Part shown: one piece after another, positions 9,103 to 18,299 of the stretch
Position numbering within the stretch: the first letter of the stretch is position 1
How the letters are laid out: each line of letters starts with the position of its first letter
DNA from: a virus
Taxonomy: Duplodnaviria; Heunggongvirae; Uroviricota; Caudoviricetes
Virus record (IMG/VR): IMGVR_UViG_2541047941_000003
Span: 1 to 47,471 of that record
Reading direction: 5' to 3' (one strand)
DNA length: 47,471 nt
Made by a program: the position numbers and the translations under genes
Notes under the pieces: generated by a model
The model's database searches: none
What the model saw: the letters and a program-made list of their open reading frames with translations, nothing else
What the model was told of the DNA's origin: nothing

Positions 9103-9336
9103 ATGAAAGCACTTGATAAAGCAATATGCATCGTAGGGGGTGCAACCCGTTTAGCAGAAAAGCTCAATGTATCCCCAATGACGGTCAGTCACTGGCGTCA
9201 CCGTGACAATGGATTCGTACCGGCTAACCGTGTCATTCCTATTTTCAATGCTACAGGTGTAACTCCACATGAGTTACGCCCTGATTTGTACCTCAACCCT
9301 ACGGATGGATTACCGGCTCAGGAAGCGAGGGCATAA
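9103..9336 (+). CDS. cro: Cro/YdaS-like HTH regulator
   Basis: 77 aa; GGAG RBS 8 nt upstream; divergent from repressor; HTH-like GGATRLAEKLNVSPMTVSHW. Confidence 0.7.
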   Translation: MKALDKAICIVGGATRLAEKLNVSPMTVSHWRHRDNGFVPANRVIPIFNATGVTPHELRPDLYLNPTDGLPAQEARA

Positions 9337-9338
9337 CC

Positions 9339-9878
9339 ATGCAGTCACTATCACTTCATCAAAATAGCGGATATCAAACGGCTGCGATGATAAATCGCAA
9401 TCAACCTGTCTCGGTAGATAAACATGACCAGATCCGCGATGCCGTTCGTGCGTGGGCGGGTGTAGATGGTCAGGATGTCGTTTCTGCTCTGATCATCGAA
9501 GAGTACCAGGCTCAAGGGGGAGACGAGATCACTTTCCCTGATGACCTCAGCCGACAGCGTCAGAAGCTTTTCCGCTTTCTGGATAACCATTTCAACAGCG
9601 AACGGTACCGCGAAAACGTTCGCCAGCTGACTCCGGCAATCCTCGCTGTCCTGCCGATTGAATACCGCAATCGTCTGCTACCAGAAGACAACGTAATGGC
9701 TCGTCTGGCAAGGCTGGAGAAGGAAACCAGCGAAGCGAAGATTGCTGTCGCAATGGATGCGCCACGTCATCAGAAGCTGAAAGAGTTGAGCGAGGGGATC
9801 GTGGAGATGTATCGCGTTGACCCTGGGTTAACCGGTCCGTTGATGGAAATGGTGCAGATTATGCTGGGGGCTATATGA
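9339..9878 (+). CDS. YdaT-like / CII-like early regulatory protein (putative)
   Basis: 179 aa immediately after cro-like gene, the position YdaT or CII occupies in lambdoid prophages; weak family assignment. Confidence 0.4.
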   Translation: MQSLSLHQNSGYQTAAMINRNQPVSVDKHDQIRDAVRAWAGVDGQDVVSALIIEEYQAQGGDEITFPDDLSRQRQKLFRFLDNHFNSERYRENVRQLTPAILAVLPIEYRNRLLPEDNVMARLARLEKETSEAKIAVAMDAPRHQKLKELSEGIVEMYRVDPGLTGPLMEMVQIMLGAI

Positions 9879-9962
9879 CCGGTTCAAAAATGGCGAAAGC
9901 CGCGGTGCTCGAACACCAACGGCTTTCAGGTGCAAAAACAGTGCGTAATTGCGGAGAACAGT

Positions 9963-10871
9963 ATGTCAAACACCGCTGAAATAATCAATTTCCCAAATAA
10001 AACCGAACAACCGGGAGGTCGTATGGCCGACCTGTCGAACGGGTATACCAAGGTCGCTAACGAGATCCAACAGCTTAAGCCTCGCCTGAGACTGTCAGGC
10101 CGGGAATGGCAATGTTTTGAGGCGGTGATCTGGCTTACCTACGGCTGGAACAAGAAACAGGACCGCGTGACAAATACGGTTATTGCCGAGCTTACGGGCC
10201 TGAGCGATACGCATGTATCGGACGCGCTTAAGTCTCTCGCAGAACGCAAAATCATCTTTTCACAGAAGCAGGGCATGATGAAAATCGTCGGTGTAAACAC
10301 TGACCTTTCAGCATGGATTTTAGACAAACCGGAAACGGGAAGAAAATTCCCGAAAACGGGAAAATCCTTCCCGAAATCAGGAATAACCTTCCCGAAAACG
10401 GTAGACACCCAATACAAGAACAAGAACAGTATTAAAAGATCTTCGTCCGAGAATTCTGACGAATCCTCTGACGCACGTCTGAAGAAATTTTTATCAACTC
10501 ATCCTGAAGCTGCGGTCTACACACCATCCGGTGCGAAGTGGGGCTCTGCTGAAGACCTCGAGACAGCTAAGTGGATTTCCTCCAGGGTGAAGCTGATTAA
10601 CCCAACCTGCAAAGCCCCGGACATGACCTCCTGGTCTAACACTGTTCGCCTGATGCGCCAGATAGACAACCGGTCGCACCAGGACATCTGCGCGCTGTAT
10701 GACTGGGCTAGCAAACACCACTTCTGGCAGACCAACATCCTGAGTCCCGAAAGCCTGCGTAAGCAGTGGGACAAGCTGACAATGCAGCGTAACGCCGGAG
10801 GTGAGCAGCGCGCTGTCAAGCCAGATCTGGACTTCAACAACACTGACTGGGCCTATGGGGTGATCCGATGA
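9963..10871 (+). CDS. Replication initiation protein (lambda O-like N-terminal domain)
   Basis: GGAG RBS; N-terminal REWQCFEAVIWLTYGWNKK...AELTGLSDTHVSDALKSL resembles phage O/replication-protein HTH; iterons inside gene. Confidence 0.7.
   Translation: MSNTAEIINFPNKTEQPGGRMADLSNGYTKVANEIQQLKPRLRLSGREWQCFEAVIWLTYGWNKKQDRVTNTVIAELTGLSDTHVSDALKSLAERKIIFSQKQGMMKIVGVNTDLSAWILDKPETGRKFPKTGKSFPKSGITFPKTVDTQYKNKNSIKRSSSENSDESSDARLKKFLSTHPEAAVYTPSGAKWGSAEDLETAKWISSRVKLINPTCKAPDMTSWSNTVRLMRQIDNRSHQDICALYDWASKHHFWQTNILSPESLRKQWDKLTMQRNAGGEQRAVKPDLDFNNTDWAYGVIR
10329..10402. repeat. Putative replication origin iterons (3-4 copies of TTCCCGAAAACGG-like unit) inside O-like gene
   Basis: ttcccgaaaacggg, ttcccgaaatcagg, ttcccgaaaacggt plus inverted ccggaaacgggaa; encodes repeated FPK(T/S)G peptide. 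Confidence 0.6.
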
Positions 10872-11557
10872 AATCTCTTGCAGAGCAGATGCGTAACCAC
10901 GACCGCGAGCAGATGAGCCGCATGGCCCATAACCTGCCAGAGCAGTACCAGGAGTGCGCGCCGGTCGAGCAGGTGGCGCAGGTATTCAACAAGCTGTTCA
11001 ACGAGCTGCGCGCCGCGTTCCCGGCCAGCATGGCGAACTTCCGCACCCAGGAAGACCTGAACGAATTCCGCCGTCAGTGGCTGCTGGCGTTTCAGGAGAA
11101 CGGGATCCACACCATGGCTCAGGTCGATGCCGGCATGCGCATTGCCCGCCGCCAGGAGCGCCCATTCCTGCCGTCGCCGGGCCAGTTCGTCGCCTGGTGC
11201 AAGCAGAGCGGCGGCGCGCTGGGCGTCAACGTTGACCAGGTGATCGCCGAATACTGGGACTGGCGTAACCGCTCGTTCGAATTCATCTCCAGCGAGCAAT
11301 TTCCATGGTCGCAGCCGGTCATGTACCACATTTGCGTAGAATTGCGCCACCGCAGCACCGAGCGCCAGTTAACGCATGGTGAACTGGCACGCGAGGCAGG
11401 CGATCTGCTGGACATGTGGGAAAGGCGCGTCACCGAGGGTAAGCCAGTGCCGCCGGTACGCCGGGCTATTGCCGCACCAGCTGCCGAGCAAGGGCCGACG
11501 CCGATCCAGCTGCTGCTGGCCAAGTACAACCGCAACAAGTCGAACGGGATGGTGTGA
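10868..11557 (+). CDS. Replication protein P-like (DnaB helicase loader)
   Basis: 229 aa; strong resemblance to lambda P (EQMRNHDREQM..., RPFLPSPGQFVAWC). Confidence 0.8.
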   Translation: MKSLAEQMRNHDREQMSRMAHNLPEQYQECAPVEQVAQVFNKLFNELRAAFPASMANFRTQEDLNEFRRQWLLAFQENGIHTMAQVDAGMRIARRQERPFLPSPGQFVAWCKQSGGALGVNVDQVIAEYWDWRNRSFEFISSEQFPWSQPVMYHICVELRHRSTERQLTHGELAREAGDLLDMWERRVTEGKPVPPVRRAIAAPAAEQGPTPIQLLLAKYNRNKSNGMV

Positions 11558-11558
11558 C

Positions 11559-11903
11559 ATGAACATAACAATCCGTGAGCAGGTGCTGGCAGCCCTGCGC
11601 AACAACCCAGGGTTGAACAACGCCAAACTGGCAGGGCTTATCGGCATGGACACCAAAAAGATATCCGGAACGGTGAGCACGCTGCTGGCAGACGGCCTGA
11701 TCCGCTGCGAAGGAAAATACGGCCAGCGCCTTTACAGCCTGACCAGCTACGGAATGCGCTTCGCCCCTGACACGATACCTGGCATGAAGCAGGGTAAGTC
11801 GAAGTTAATTCAGCGGACGGACACAAACGTGATCTGCCAGGAGTGCCGCAACAGCGCGGCGATGAGAAGGGTATTGATGGTTTGGGGGAGGGTAGGGGTA
11901 TGA
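11559..11903 (+). CDS. Hypothetical protein, possible winged-helix DNA-binding
   Basis: 114 aa, ATG 1 nt after P stop. Confidence 0.4.
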   Translation: MNITIREQVLAALRNNPGLNNAKLAGLIGMDTKKISGTVSTLLADGLIRCEGKYGQRLYSLTSYGMRFAPDTIPGMKQGKSKLIQRTDTNVICQECRNSAAMRRVLMVWGRVGV

Positions 11904-12097
11904 AAATCGAAGATATCAAAAACGTTGCGGTGTTCTTCAATATGAACGGCAAGACAGTAGCGTTACGAATGGATGCTGAGCAGAAGCGGATCGTCGCATT
12001 AATGGCGCTTAACACGGCTGATGCTCGGGCAGAACTGATTGAAGTGCCGCACATGACTTTACCAGCAGACCCAGCCATGGAGGAGGCCGCCCAATGA
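11900..12097 (+). CDS. Hypothetical protein
   Basis: 65 aa; ATGA overlap with upstream stop. Confidence 0.35.
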   Translation: MKIEDIKNVAVFFNMNGKTVALRMDAEQKRIVALMALNTADARAELIEVPHMTLPADPAMEEAAQ

Positions 12098-12471
12098 GCA
12101 ACATCGACAAACGTGGATTACGGGAAGTAGCGGAGAAGGCGACGAAAGGCCGGTGGGCTGTTGAGTTCGACGATGAGATTTACTCCACTGACGGCGTGAA
12201 CCATGAGCAAATAGCCATGGTATTCAGTGAAAACGAAGCGCGTGATGCTGCATTTATCGCCGCAGCCAACCCCGCCACCGTGCTGGCGCTGCTGGATGAG
12301 CTGGAATCCAAAGACAGGCGCAACGCTGAGCTGGAGGCAAAGTTAGCTAATCCCGTTTTGCTGCCAAAAACAAACGGCTACTGGACTGAGCAAGAAAAGG
12401 CTTATGAGGACGCTATCACACTAGCTAAGCGGCAGATTCGTCTGGCTGGATTCAGTGTGGAGGACATGTAA
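12094..12471 (+). CDS. Ead/Ea22-like protein
   Basis: 125 aa; PATVLALLDELE-type motif common in lambdoid nin-region proteins. Confidence 0.45.
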   Translation: MSNIDKRGLREVAEKATKGRWAVEFDDEIYSTDGVNHEQIAMVFSENEARDAAFIAAANPATVLALLDELESKDRRNAELEAKLANPVLLPKTNGYWTEQEKAYEDAITLAKRQIRLAGFSVEDM

Positions 12472-12713
12472 TGGCTATTTTTATGGAAGTACGTTGTGAA
12501 GGTGGTGAAGTTGATGGTTGCCATTCTTACCAGAACGCCGGGCCTGTGACGTCAGCTCATGAAAGCGTTAAGGGCGTTTCTGTGGCGCTGGCATTCCTTA
12601 AATCCGATTCAATCTATAACGGCTGGGTTTTGCACAAAGGTGAGCTTTATTGCCCGGTATGCGCCAAAGCAAAAGCATGGGACGCCGCTGGCATTGGCGT
12701 GAAGGGGGAATGA
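12471..12713 (+). CDS. Hypothetical protein
   Basis: 80 aa ORF in tightly packed nin-region operon. Confidence 0.35.
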   Translation: MAIFMEVRCEGGEVDGCHSYQNAGPVTSAHESVKGVSVALAFLKSDSIYNGWVLHKGELYCPVCAKAKAWDAAGIGVKGE

Positions 12714-12714
12714 G

Positions 12715-12918
12715 ATGTCAAAGTCACCAATGAAACTCATGCTACGGGCATGGAACAAAGAGCTTAAAAATCCAGAATGGGGCATGGGCAATCGTAAACA
12801 CCGCAAAGCTTGTGCTCGTGATTTTGCCGGAGCCAGCATAGAAACCGATGCTGATATCCCTAACCAAGCCGAAGCAGATGACCGCCTGGCGGAAGAACTT
12901 ACTTACTGGACGGACTAA
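12715..12918 (+). CDS. Hypothetical protein
   Basis: 67 aa ORF. Confidence 0.35.
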   Translation: MSKSPMKLMLRAWNKELKNPEWGMGNRKHRKACARDFAGASIETDADIPNQAEADDRLAEELTYWTD

Positions 12919-12921
12919 CCC

Positions 12922-13245
12922 ATGACAACTAACCACCCGGCGCACGGTCATGTATCACTCGATCGCCTGCACCAGATACGCGAAATACTCAGCAAAGCAT
13001 CCGCACAAAGCGACGGCGGTAATCTCGGCTACGCAATGGCTGATGCTGTGAAGGTGATTGATGAAGTGCTGGCGGCGCGCGCTGAAACCGTGAAGCTGCC
13101 GGCAGGGTACAACGTCCGACCTGGGCATCCAATTAACGAATCAGAGCGCGGCGTAATGATCCCCAAAGATAACGGCCAATGGCTTTCGCGTTTCGACGTT
13201 GAGCATGCCCTGCGAGTGGCGGGCGTCAGATTTAAGGAGGACTGA
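12922..13245 (+). CDS. Hypothetical protein
   Basis: 107 aa ORF. Confidence 0.35.
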   Translation: MTTNHPAHGHVSLDRLHQIREILSKASAQSDGGNLGYAMADAVKVIDEVLAARAETVKLPAGYNVRPGHPINESERGVMIPKDNGQWLSRFDVEHALRVAGVRFKED

Positions 13246-13502
13246 TGGAACCTCAACTGGAATACGCCACGAAACGCATCGTCGAACTGGAAAACCTGCT
13301 GCTGGTGGATGTGACCGAAACCGTCTGGCCTGCTGAGGTGGGAATGGTATATAGCCAGATTGAAAGTGCCGGGGATCTCCCGGCGCATCACCAGCGCCGC
13401 CTGAAGCATCACATCAACCGTATGTGGCTGGAGAAAATGCCGGTACCAGCCATCGTAAACGCCGCCCAGTCACTGGCCACCGCTATGGAGAAATACGCGT
13501 GA
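13245..13502 (+). CDS. Hypothetical protein
   Basis: 85 aa ORF. Confidence 0.35.
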   Translation: MEPQLEYATKRIVELENLLLVDVTETVWPAEVGMVYSQIESAGDLPAHHQRRLKHHINRMWLEKMPVPAIVNAAQSLATAMEKYA

Positions 13503-15382
13503 GAGAAATCATCGTTGATAACTTTGCCGGCGGCGGCGGGGCGAGCACGGGCATTGAGCTGGCGATCGGTCGTAGTGTGGATATTGCGATTAACCACGAC
13601 CCGAACGCTGTTGCGATGCACACTACGAACCACCCGGATACACTGCACTACTGCGAATCGGTGTTTGATGTCGATCCCATCGTAGCGACCGCTGGCCGCC
13701 CGGTGGGGCTGGCATGGTTTTCCCCTGATTGCCGTCACTTCTCAAAGGCTAAAGGTTCAAAGCCGGTAGAGAAAGAGATTCGTGGTTTGGCGTGGATTGT
13801 CATTCGCTGGGCGCTGGCGGTACGTCCCCGTGTGATGATGCTGGAGAACGTTGAAGAGTTCCGCACCTGGGGGCCGCTTATCGAATCTGCTGATGGTGGG
13901 TTACGTCCAAATCCCCTGCGTACTGGTGAGACCTTCGAGGCTTTCTGCGGCATGCTATCCGGTGGTATTCCTGCCGGTCATCCGGCGCTGGCGGAGTGCT
14001 GCGAGTTCCTGGGTATTACTGCCGACGGCGAACTGGCGCAGCAACTGGTGGCCGGGCTGGGTTACGCTGTTGATCATCGTGAGCTGCGCGCCTGCGACTT
14101 TGGCGCACCGACCATCAGGAAGCGTTTCTTCATGGTAATGCGTTGCGATGGTATGCCGGTGACCTGGCCGGACCCGACCCACGGCGACCCGAAATCTCCA
14201 GCTGTGCAGAGTGGAAAGTTGGCGCCATGGCGTACAGCTGCGGAGTGTATCGACTGGACCATTCCGGCACCGTCGATATTCGACCGCAAAAAGCCACTGG
14301 CTGAAAATACGCTCAAACGCATCGCTCGTGGCATCCAGCGGTTTGTGATCGAGAGCGCGTCGCCGTTCATCGTCAAGTGCAACCACACGACGACCAAAGG
14401 GAAATACGACTGTTTCCGTGGGCAGGCGCTGAGAGAGCCTCTGCAGACCATTACGAAAACCCACGGCTACGCGTTAGCCGTTCCACACCTGACAAAGTTC
14501 CGTACTGGCGCAACCGGGCAGCCCGTTACCGAACCCGTCCCGACGGTAACCGCTGGCACATCAAAACGTCCGGGCGGGAATGGGCATGCTCTGGGTATTG
14601 TTGAGGCAGCCATTGCGCCGTTTGTTGGTCGACAGTTTGGTGCGAGTGTCGGCCACCGGGCAGACGAACCGAGCGCAACCATCACCGCTGGCGGTGGCGG
14701 TAAATCTCAACTTGTAACGCCTACGCTGATCCAGATGGGTTATGGCGAACGACCTGGACAAGAACCGCGTGTGCTACGACTGGATAACCCGCTGGGGACC
14801 GTTACTGCAGGTGGAAATAAATTCGCGACGGTGAGCGCGTTTCTGGCGAAACACTACGGCGGCAACTATACGGGGCCGGGTGTCAGTATGGATGAGCCTA
14901 TGCACTCGGTTACGACTGTCGATCACCATGCAGTAGTTGCCTCTCATCTGGTGAAACTGCGTGGAACATGCCGCGACGGTCAACCATCCAGTGATCCAAT
15001 GCCAACAGTGACGGCGGGTGGGCTGCACGTAGGGGAGGTGAAAACCACTCTTGCGGTCGATGAATACGACGAACATCGCGCGCAGCTGGCGTTGGAGTTC
15101 CTGCGTAAGTACTGCGGTGAGGATTGCGACGGGCTGGTAGATATTGACAGAATCACTTTTCGCATCGTTGATATCGGTATGCGGATGCTGCAACCGCACG
15201 AGCTATACCGCGCGCAGGGCTTCCCGGAGTGGTACATCATCGATCAGGACTATCGGGGGCAGAAGTACGCGAAGGACAAGCAGGTTGCGCGTTGTGGCAA
15301 CGCAGTTCCGCCGCCATTCGCCGAGGCACTGGTGAGGGCTAATTTACCGGAGCTTTGTCAGCAGAAAGAGATCGCAGCTTAA
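13499..15382 (+). CDS. DNA (cytosine-5)-methyltransferase, phage orphan type
   Basis: GTG start overlapping upstream stop; motifs FAGGGGAS (AdoMet), SPDCRHFSKAKG (PC-like catalytic), MLENVEEF (ENV), RAQGFPEWY (C-terminal). Confidence 0.8.
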   Translation: MREIIVDNFAGGGGASTGIELAIGRSVDIAINHDPNAVAMHTTNHPDTLHYCESVFDVDPIVATAGRPVGLAWFSPDCRHFSKAKGSKPVEKEIRGLAWIVIRWALAVRPRVMMLENVEEFRTWGPLIESADGGLRPNPLRTGETFEAFCGMLSGGIPAGHPALAECCEFLGITADGELAQQLVAGLGYAVDHRELRACDFGAPTIRKRFFMVMRCDGMPVTWPDPTHGDPKSPAVQSGKLAPWRTAAECIDWTIPAPSIFDRKKPLAENTLKRIARGIQRFVIESASPFIVKCNHTTTKGKYDCFRGQALREPLQTITKTHGYALAVPHLTKFRTGATGQPVTEPVPTVTAGTSKRPGGNGHALGIVEAAIAPFVGRQFGASVGHRADEPSATITAGGGGKSQLVTPTLIQMGYGERPGQEPRVLRLDNPLGTVTAGGNKFATVSAFLAKHYGGNYTGPGVSMDEPMHSVTTVDHHAVVASHLVKLRGTCRDGQPSSDPMPTVTAGGLHVGEVKTTLAVDEYDEHRAQLALEFLRKYCGEDCDGLVDIDRITFRIVDIGMRMLQPHELYRAQGFPEWYIIDQDYRGQKYAKDKQVARCGNAVPPPFAEALVRANLPELCQQKEIAA

Positions 15383-15481
15383 TGTCCGAGTTTCAGAACA
15401 TGGTGTAACAAATCCTGCTACTTCAATGACGTAGATTCAAACCTGATATAATTAGGCTCTTCACAACACGAGGAGCCTAAA

Positions 15482-15718
15482 ATGCACCATTACATGATCC
15501 CTATCAACGGAACTGTTCACCTGATCAAGACTGACTCTCTAATCCCTGAAGGGACTGAGTATAGCTTTGAAGGAGAAAGTCTAATCTGCGCTCATGCCAC
15601 TTTTAAATCTGGGACGTATGGCTTCCTGATACCAAAGGGAAATCAGTTGAATAGAGAGCATGCGTTCTGGCATGTAAGTGGAATTCACCCTAATCCCCTG
15701 GGAATGGATAAATCGTAA
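15482..15718 (+). CDS. Hypothetical protein encoded in AT-rich insertion at methyltransferase 3' end
   Basis: 78 aa ORF with AGGAG RBS; flanked by duplicated methyltransferase 3' ends. Confidence 0.4.
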   Translation: MHHYMIPINGTVHLIKTDSLIPEGTEYSFEGESLICAHATFKSGTYGFLIPKGNQLNREHAFWHVSGIHPNPLGMDKS

Positions 15719-15728
15719 TCCATAATAT

Positions 15729-15763
15729 GCATGCCATCGTCCTGAACATACGGTGGCATGCAT
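15729..15763. other. Perfect 10 bp inverted repeat (atgcatgcca ... tggcatgcat) hairpin
   Basis: Read directly; 15 nt loop; not followed by T-run. Confidence 0.4.
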
Positions 15764-15989
15764 CCGGCACTACAACAGAAACGTTAAAGTGCAAACAATA
15801 CAATTCGAGCAATATTCAACCTGTCACAGATGGCGAATACCACCGCCATTTCGTGCATTCTGTGGTTTCTATTACCCATTGCGTTAATGCTGTCCAATCA
15901 TCAGCTCGCTGAGGCGCTGGTTAGGGCTAACCTACAGGAGCTTTGTCAGCAGAAACAAATAGCGGCGTAATAAAACATCGCTAATTCAA

Positions 15990-16016
15990 CCCGCTACGGC
16001 GGGTTTTCTTTTTTTA
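15990..16016 (+). terminator. Intrinsic terminator (cccgc-tacg-gcggg + T-run)
   Basis: GC stem followed by ttttcttttttt. Confidence 0.7.
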
Positions 16017-16077
16017 CTACTGACAGAAAATTAACAATTTGTGCTCTTAAAACGTTGATCATTTCCGCGCATAGGTA

Positions 16078-16097
16078 TACTGTATAAAAACACAGTA
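16078..16097 (+). promoter_or_regulatory. LexA box (SOS box) TACTGTATAAAAACACAGTA overlapping promoter of dinI-like gene
   Basis: CTGT-N8-ACAG with AT-rich spacer matches consensus TACTGTATATATATACAGTA; TTGATC -35-like hexamer 17 bp upstream. Confidence 0.8.
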
Positions 16098-16115
16098 CAT
16101 GCAATGGGGGCCATT

Positions 16116-16349
16116 ATGAAAGTTGAATTAACCATTGATCGCATGAAAGAACTTCCTAAAGGCGCAGTACCAGCACTGGAGAAAGAACTGCTTAAGCGCC
16201 TGAATGATCACTATGACAATTGCAGGCTCACAATCCGCCGTGCCGGGGCCGATGGGTTAAGTGTTTTTGGTGGTGACAAGGACGATAAAAAGAAAATTGA
16301 ATCAATCCTCCAGGATACCTGGGAAAGCGCTGACGACTGGTTTTATTAG
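16116..16349 (+). CDS. dinI: DinI-like SOS protein
   Basis: 77 aa; resembles E. coli DinI (VELTIDR..., ESILQDTWESADDWF); LexA box upstream. Confidence 0.75.
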   Translation: MKVELTIDRMKELPKGAVPALEKELLKRLNDHYDNCRLTIRRAGADGLSVFGGDKDDKKKIESILQDTWESADDWFY

Positions 16350-16466
16350 AATTGCGCTTAAGGCTGGCGCGCATTTTTCAGAATACCGCAATTTGCGTAA
16401 CCCTCTGATGCTGCTGCCGACAATCTTTAATCGCGTCTGTTAGTCGCTCGAAGGGAGAACATAAAT

Positions 16467-16715
16467 GTGAGTGATTCAGCTTTGCAAACGTCAGAAGACA
16501 ACTGGTATGACATTGTAAGAAGGTCTGACGGCTGCGTGGTGTTTAGCTTTCCTTCATCGGGCAGGCATCTAATTTATCGCGTCAATGGCATGGTTTCTAT
16601 GCGGCCTTTGCTGGATGATGAAGAGGTCTTTACTCCTAATGGTTTTATGCAGTTTATTCACCGTCTCGGCTACCGGGTAACCCCACCTTCTGATAATATG
16701 AAATCAACGGTCTGA
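16467..16715 (+). CDS. Hypothetical protein
   Basis: 82 aa ORF, probable GTG start. Confidence 0.3.
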   Translation: MSDSALQTSEDNWYDIVRRSDGCVVFSFPSSGRHLIYRVNGMVSMRPLLDDEEVFTPNGFMQFIHRLGYRVTPPSDNMKSTV

Positions 16716-16749
16716 ACAACCGTAACCTACTGCGCCACGGAGAGAAACC

Positions 16750-17349
16750 ATGGCGCACGAACTACAACTCATCAAGCATTCCTCAGGAATCCTGATCCCC
16801 GCTACGCCGGAGACCAGTGATTTACTGCAATCAAAAATCAAACTCGGCTCCGTACTGGTGGCTGAGTTCCGGCAGGTACGCAACCCGGCCTTTCACCGTC
16901 GTTTCTTCGCGTTACTCAATCTCGGTTTCGAATACTGGGAACCCACCGGCGGGGCAATCTCCTCCAACGAACGCAAGCTGGTAACCGGCTATGCCAAGTT
17001 CCTTGCCTCATTCGCGGGAAGTGAAGCAGCACTCCTGGATGCTGCTGAGCAATATCTGGACCGCATCGCCGATAAGCGCGCCGGTAGTATCAGCATCTGC
17101 AAATCCTATGACGCATATCGTGCATGGGTGATCATCGAGTCTGGCCACTACGACGCCATACAGCTTCCCGACGGCACCCTTCGCAAACACCCCCGCAGCA
17201 TTGCCTTTGCCAACATGGACGAAACCGAGTTCCAGCAGCTGTACAAAGCCGCGCTCGATGTTCTGTGGCGCTGGGTATTGTCCCGGGCATTCAAGGACCA
17301 GCGTGAAGCGGAAAACGCCGCATCGCAGCTCATGAGCTTTGCGGGGTGA
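16750..17349 (+). CDS. DUF1367-like nin-region protein
   Basis: 199 aa; position upstream of ninG typical for this family. Confidence 0.45.
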   Translation: MAHELQLIKHSSGILIPATPETSDLLQSKIKLGSVLVAEFRQVRNPAFHRRFFALLNLGFEYWEPTGGAISSNERKLVTGYAKFLASFAGSEAALLDAAEQYLDRIADKRAGSISICKSYDAYRAWVIIESGHYDAIQLPDGTLRKHPRSIAFANMDETEFQQLYKAALDVLWRWVLSRAFKDQREAENAASQLMSFAG

Positions 17350-17555
17350 TGGCGATGAAATATTCCTGGTTCCACCATCACGAATGCACAACCGATCAGG
17401 CCGACGAGCTGGTGGCCAGTTACCGTCGTCGTGGCGCCACGGTAGAACGTAGCCTGAATCGCGACAACATCACCTGGACTATCAGCGCAAAATTGCCTGA
17501 ATGCGAGCATCCGGCGCGTACACCAAGAACCTTTCGACAAAAGGTCTGGGGGTGA
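17346..17555 (+). CDS. Hypothetical protein
   Basis: 69 aa ORF overlapping neighbours by 4 nt. Confidence 0.3.
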   Translation: MMAMKYSWFHHHECTTDQADELVASYRRRGATVERSLNRDNITWTISAKLPECEHPARTPRTFRQKVWG

Positions 17556-17557
17556 TT

Positions 17558-18169
17558 ATGGCTAAGTTACCGCGCCGGAAGTGCGCCAACAAGGAATGCC
17601 GCCAGTGGTTCAATCCAGTACGCGACACGCAGACCGTCTGCGGTTATGAGTGCGCCAGCGCCGTCGGGAAAGAGCAGACCAGAAAAGCCCGGGAGGCTGC
17701 ACAACGCAAAGAGTCTGCCAAGCAGCGCGCCACTGAGAAGAAAGAACGTGCAGCCTGGCGCCAGCGTAAAGCTGCAGTTAAGCCGCTGAAGCACTGGATT
17801 GACCTGACGCAGCGTGCCGTAAATGACATTTGCCGCGAGACGGAGTTGGCGGAGGGGCGGGGCTGTATTTCCTGCGGAACTAAAACGGCGTTCGCCTGGC
17901 ATGCTGGCCATTATCGGACTACGGCAGCCGCTGGGCATCTGCGCTTCACTCGCTTCAACATCCATCTTCAGTGTGATGTCTGCAACGTCTACAAATCCGG
18001 GAATATCGAAGCATACCGAGCCGCGCTGGTGGAACGTTATGGCGAAGAGCTGGTACTAGCGCTCGAGAACAATAACGCTCCGCATCGTTGGACTATTGAA
18101 GAACTGAAGGAAATCAGACTGACCGCGCTGGCTGACCTGCGCGCGCTGAAAAAGCAGGAGGCAGCATGA
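17558..18169 (+). CDS. ninG: NinG (Rap) recombination-promoting nuclease
   Basis: Strong resemblance to lambda NinG: MAK..RR.C.N.EC..WF, CISCGT, WHAGHYRTTAAA, LRF...NIH.QC.VCN..KSGN, HRWTIEE. Confidence 0.8.
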   Translation: MAKLPRRKCANKECRQWFNPVRDTQTVCGYECASAVGKEQTRKAREAAQRKESAKQRATEKKERAAWRQRKAAVKPLKHWIDLTQRAVNDICRETELAEGRGCISCGTKTAFAWHAGHYRTTAAAGHLRFTRFNIHLQCDVCNVYKSGNIEAYRAALVERYGEELVLALENNNAPHRWTIEELKEIRLTALADLRALKKQEAA

Positions 18170-18299
18170 CATTCGAATCCTATTTTGCCGATCACCTCCG
18201 CGTTCGTTGGCAACGATTGCGCTTATACCACTTTCCGGGCTCTGTGCTGACGGATTACCGAATACTGAAGAACTACATCAAAACCATAGGCGGTGCAGT

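Noticed and set aside
13424-13498. Upstream ATG start (13424) for the methyltransferase
   Set aside because: Would overlap the preceding ORF by 79 nt; GTG at 13499 with an upstream GGAG and GTGA stop/start overlap gives the usual coupled arrangement, and the AdoMet motif begins just after it.
15727-15912. 61 aa ORF inside the AT-rich insertion after the 78 aa gene
   Set aside because: No convincing RBS, overlaps the inverted-repeat hairpin and runs into the duplicated methyltransferase 3' end in a different frame; likely non-coding.
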